DNA of 36,314 bases, taken from Nemertoderma westbladi. Taxonomy: Eukaryota; Animalia; Xenacoelomorpha. The position numbers and the translations under genes were made by a program. A model generated the notes under the pieces. The model ran no database searches and was not told the origin of the DNA. It saw nothing but the letters and a program-made list of their open reading frames with translations. The number at the start of each line of letters is the position of its first letter. Within the stretch, counting starts at the first letter, position 1. The DNA lies in contig JAUCBJ010009111.1 in the NCBI GenBank assembly GCA_032718475.1, positions 1 to 36,314 on the forward strand, written 5' to 3'. Positions 31,701 through 36,314 of the stretch are shown here, piece after piece.

Positions 31701-34700
31701 TCCCTATACCACCCGCTGTGGCTCCAGCTCCACACTTCCACCAGCCTCAGCCCAATCCAACTACTCCTCTCTATACCACCCGCTGTGGCTCCAGCTCCAC
31801 CCTTCCACCAGCCTCAGCCCAATCCAACTGATCCTCCCTATACCACCCGCTGTGGCTCCAGCTCCACCCTTCCACAAGCCTCAGCCCAATCCAACTGCTC
31901 CTCCCTATGCCACACGTAGTGGCGCCAGCTCCACTTTTCCATCAGCCTCAGCCCAATCCAACTGCTCCTCCCTATAACACCCGCTGTGGCTCAGCTCCAC
32001 CCTTCCACCAGCCTCAGCCCAATCCAACTAATCCTTTCTATACCACCCGCTGTGGCTCCAGCTCCACCCTTCCACCAGCCTCAGCCCAATCCAACTGATC
32101 CTCCCTACCACCAGCTGTAGCTATAGCTCCACCCTTTCACCAGCCGCAGCCCAAAACAAATGCTCCTCCCTATAACACCCGCTGTGGCTCAGCTCCACCC
32201 TTCCACCAGCCTCAGCCCTATCCAACTGCTCCTCCCTATACCACCCGCTGTGGATCCAGCTCCACCCTTCCACCAACCTCAGCCCTATCNNNNNNNNNNN
32301 NNNNNNNNNNNNNNNNNNNNNNNNNNNNNNNNNNNNNNNNNNNNNNNNNNNNNNNNNNNNNNNNNNNNNNNNNNNNNNNNNNNNNNNNNACTGCTCCTCC
32401 CTATACCACCCACTGTGGCTGCAGCTCCACCCTCCCACCAGCCTCAGCCCAATCCAACTGCTCCTCCCTATACTACCCGCTGTGGCTCCAGCTCCACCCT
32501 TCCACAAGCCTCAGCCCAATCCAACTGCTCCTCCCTATGCCACACGTAGTGGCGCCAGCTCCACTTTTCCATCAGCCTCAGCCCAATCCAACTGCTCCTC
32601 CCTATAACACCCGCTGTGGCTCAGCTCCACCCTTCCACCAGCCTCAGCCCAATCCAACTAATCCTTTCTATACCACCCGCTGTGGCTCCAGCTCCACCCT
32701 TCCACCAGCCTCAGCCCAATCCAACTGATCCTCCCTACCACCAGCTGTAGCTATAGCTCCACCCTTTCACCAGCCGCAGCCCAAAACAAATGCTCCTCCC
32801 TATAACACCCGCTGTGGCTCAGCTCCACCCTTCCACCAGCCTCAGTACTATTCAACTGCTCCTCCCTATACCACCCGCTGTGGATCCAGCTCCACCCTTC
32901 CACCAGCCTCAGCCCTATCCAATTGCTTCTCCCTATAACACCCGCTGTTGCTCAGCTCCACCCTTCCACCAGCCTCAGCCCAATCCAACTGATCCTCCCT
33001 ACCACCAGCTGTAGCTACAGCCCCACCCTTCCACCAGCCGCAGCCCAAAACAACTGCTCCTCCCTATAACACCCGCTGTGGCTCAGCTCCACCCTTCCAC
33101 CAGCCTCAGCCCAATCCAACTGATCCTCCCTATACCACCCGCTGTAGCTCCAGCTCCACCCTTCCACCAGCCTCAGCCCTATCCAACTGCTCCTCCCTAT
33201 ACCACCCGCTGTGGATCCAGCTCCACCCTTTCACCAGCCTCAGCCCTATCCAACTGTTCCTCCCAATACCACCCACTGTGGATCCAGCTCCACCCTTCCA
33301 CCAGCCTCAGCCCAATCCAACTGATCCTCCCTACCACCAGCTGTAGCTACAGCTCCACCCTTCCACCAGCCGCAGCCCAAAACAACTGCTCCTCCCTATA
33401 ACACCCGCTGTGGCTCCAGCTCCACCATTCTACCAGCCTCAGCCCAATCCAACTGCTCCTCCCTATAACACCCGCTGTGGCTCCAGCTCCACCCTTCCAC
33501 CAGCCTCAGCCCAATCCAACTGCTCCTCCCTATAACACCCGCTGTGGCTCCAGCTCCACCATTCTACCAGCCTCAGCCCAATCCAACTGCTCCTCCCTAT
33601 GCCACACGTAGTGGCGCCAGCTCCACTTTTCCATCAGCCTCAGCCCAATCCAACTGCTCCTCCCTATAACACCCGCTGTGGCTCAGCTCCACCCTTCCAC
33701 CAGCCTCAGCCCAATCCAAGTAATCCTATCTATACCACCCGCTGTGGCTCCAGCTCCACCCTTCCACCAGCCTCAGCCCAATCCAACTGATCCTCCCTAC
33801 CACCAGCAGTAGCTATAGCTCCACCCTTCCACCAGCCGCAGCCCAATCCAACTGCTCCTCCTTATACCACCCGCTGTGGCGCCAGCTCCACCTTTCCACC
33901 AGCCTCAGCCCAATCCAACTGCTCCTCCCTATAACACCCGCTGTGGCTCCAGCTCCACCCTTCCACCAGCCTCAGCCCAATCCAACTGCTCCTCCCTATA
34001 ACACCCGCTATGGCTCCAGCTCCACCATTCTACCAGCCTCAGCCCAATCCAACTGCTCCTCCCTATGCCACACGCAGTGGCGCCAGCTCCACTTTTCCAT
34101 CAGCCTCAGCCCAATCCAACTGCTCCTCCCTATAACACCCGCTATGGCTCCAGCTCCACCCTTCCACCAGCCTCAGCCCAATCCAACTGATCCTCCCTAC
34201 CACCAGCTGTAGCTACAGCCCCACCCTTCCACCAGCCGCAGCCCAAAACAACTGCTCCTCCCTATAACACCCGCTGTGGCTCAGCTCCACCCTTCCACCA
34301 GCCTCAGCCCTATCCAACTGCTCCTCCCTATACCACCCGCTGTGGATCCAGCTCCACCCTTTCACCAGCCTCAGCCCTATCCAACTGTTCCTCCCAATAC
34401 CACCCACTGTGGATCCAGCTCCACCCTTCCACCAGCCTCAGCCCAATCCAACTGATCCTCCCTACCACCAGCTGTAGCTACAGCTCCACCCTTCCACCAG
34501 CCGCAGCCCAAAACAACTGCTCCTCCCTATAACACCCGCTGTGGCTCCAGCTCCACCATTCTACCAGCCTCAGCCCAATCCAACTGCTCCTCCCTATAAC
34601 ACCCGCTGTGGCTCCAGCTCCACCCTTCCACCAGCCTCAGCCCAATCCAACTGCTCCTCCCTATAACACCCGCTGTGGCTCCAGCTCCACCATTCTACCA

Positions 34701-36314
34701 GCCTCAGCCCAATCCAACTGCTCCTCCCTATGCCACACGCAGTGGCTCCAGCTCCACCCTTCCACCAGCCTCAGCCCAATCCAACTGATCCTCCCTACCA
34801 CCAGCTGTAGCTATAGCTCCACCCTTCCACCAGCCGCAGCCCAATCCAACTGCTCCTCCTTATACCACCCGCTGTGGCGCCAGCTCCACCTTTCCACCAG
34901 CCTCAGCCCAATCCAACTGCTCCTCCCTATAACACCCGCTGTGGCTCCAGCTCCACCCTTCCACCAGCCTCAGCCCAATCCAACTGCTCCTCCCTATAAC
35001 ACCCGCTATGGCTCCAGCTCCACCATTCTACCAGCCTCAGCCCAATCCAACTGCTCCTCCCTATGCCACACGCAGTGGCGCCAGCTCCACTTTTCCATCA
35101 GCCTCAGCCCAATCCAACTGCTCCTCCCTATAACACCCGCTGTGGCTCAGCTCCACCCTTCCACCAGCCTCAGCCCAATCCAACTAATCCTCTCTATACC
35201 ACCCGCTGTAGCTCCAGCTCCACCCTTCCACCAAACTCAGCCCTATCCAACTGCTCCTCCATATACCACCCACTGTGGCTGCAGCTCCACCCTCCACCAG
35301 CCTCAGCTCAATCCAACTGCTCCTCCCTATACCACCCGCTGTGGCTCCAGCTCCACCCTTCCACCAGACTCAGCCCAATCCAACTGCTCCTCCCTATACC
35401 ACCCGCTGTGGCTCCAGCTCCACCCTTCCACCAGCCTCAGCCCAATCCAACTGCTCCTCCCTGTACCACCCGCTGTGGCTCCAGCTCCACCCTACCACCA
35501 GCCTCAGCCCAATCCAACTGCCCCTCCCTATACCACCCGCTGTGGCTGCAGCTCCACCCTCCCACCAGCCTCAGCCCAAACCAACTGCTCCTCCCTATAC
35601 CACCCGCTGTGGCTCCAGCTCCACCCTTCCATCAGCCTCAGCCCAATCCAACTGCTCCCCCCTATACCACCCGCTGTGGCTCCAGCTCCACCCTTCCACC
35701 AGCCTCAGCCCAATCCAACTGCTCTTCCCTATACCACCCGCTGTGGCTCCAGCTCCACACTTCCACCAGCCTCAGCCCAATCCAACTGCTCCTCTCTGTA
35801 CCACCCGCTGTGGCTCCAGCTCCACCCTTCCACCAGCCTCAGCCCAATCCAACTGATCCTCCCTATACCACCCGCTGTGGCTCCAGCTCCACCCTTCCAC
35901 AAGCCTCAGCCCAATCCAACTGCTCCTCCCTATGCCACACGTAGTGGCGCCAGCTCCACTTTTCCATCAGCCTCAGCCCAATCCAACTGCTCCTCCCTAT
36001 AACACCCGCTGTGGCTCAGCTCCACCCTTCCACCAGCCTCAGCCCAATCCAACTAATCCTTTCTATACCACCCGCTGTGGCTCCAGCTCCACCCTTCCAC
36101 CAGCCTCAGCCCAATCCAACTGATCCTCCCTACCACCAGCTGTAGCTATAGCTCCACCCTTTCACCAGCCGCAGCCCAAAACAAATGCTCCTCCCTATAA
36201 CACCCGCTGTGGCTCAGCTCCACCCTTCCACCAGCCTCAGCCCTATCCAACTGCTCCTCCCTATACCACCCGCTGTGGATCCAGCTCCACCCTTCCACCA
36301 ACCTCAGCCCTATC
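28756..36314. repeat. 65-67-bp C-rich satellite, array B (runs to window end)
   Basis: Same unit as 12262-14746, with higher-order duplicated blocks. Confidence 0.97.
32290..32389. other. Assembly gap (100 N)
   Basis: Run of exactly 100 N. Confidence 0.99.

Larger units (their letters stand above)
22925..36314. repeat. Segmental duplication copy B
   Basis: Collinear with 7671-14746, plus a 1.26-kb insertion and a longer satellite array. Confidence 0.95.

Noticed and set aside
28756-36314. Chi site or human PRDM9 hotspot motif function
   Set aside because: GCTGGTGG acts only with bacterial RecBCD; the CCTCCCT...CCAC spacing does not fit the human 13-mer, which is allele specific anyway.

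Overview
AT-rich, repeat-dense eukaryotic (metazoan, probably marine invertebrate) genomic DNA; nothing here looks prokaryotic. Host-gene content read from the sequence: (1) a six-exon minus-strand gene (22962->18927) for a secreted signal peptide + coiled-coil + fibrinogen-related domain (FReD) protein. Its coiled coil is built from three tandemly duplicated phase-0 exons, and a single in-frame TAG sits just before the FReD. (2) A convergent, intronless, frameshifted TEX36/HDNR-domain-like reading frame (about 17591-18248). A block beginning inside FReD exon 1 (promoter, 32-bp minisatellite, L2 fragment, nested DNA-transposon relics, 67-bp C-rich satellite) is present twice (7671-14746 and 22925-end). 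The left copy of exon 1 is cut off by a truncated BEL/Pao LTR retrotransposon (gag only, 893 aa). Other features: two tRNA-like Pol III cassettes, a 1.26-kb insertion carrying seven phased CTCF-like motifs just upstream of the FReD TATA box, a Penelope-like 89-bp-arm hairpin in an intron, several minisatellites and a 100-N assembly gap. Most short ORFs in the supplied track are repeat artefacts. I cannot demonstrate a new biological system; the best leads are the FReD locus architecture and its flanking repeat and insulator-like elements.
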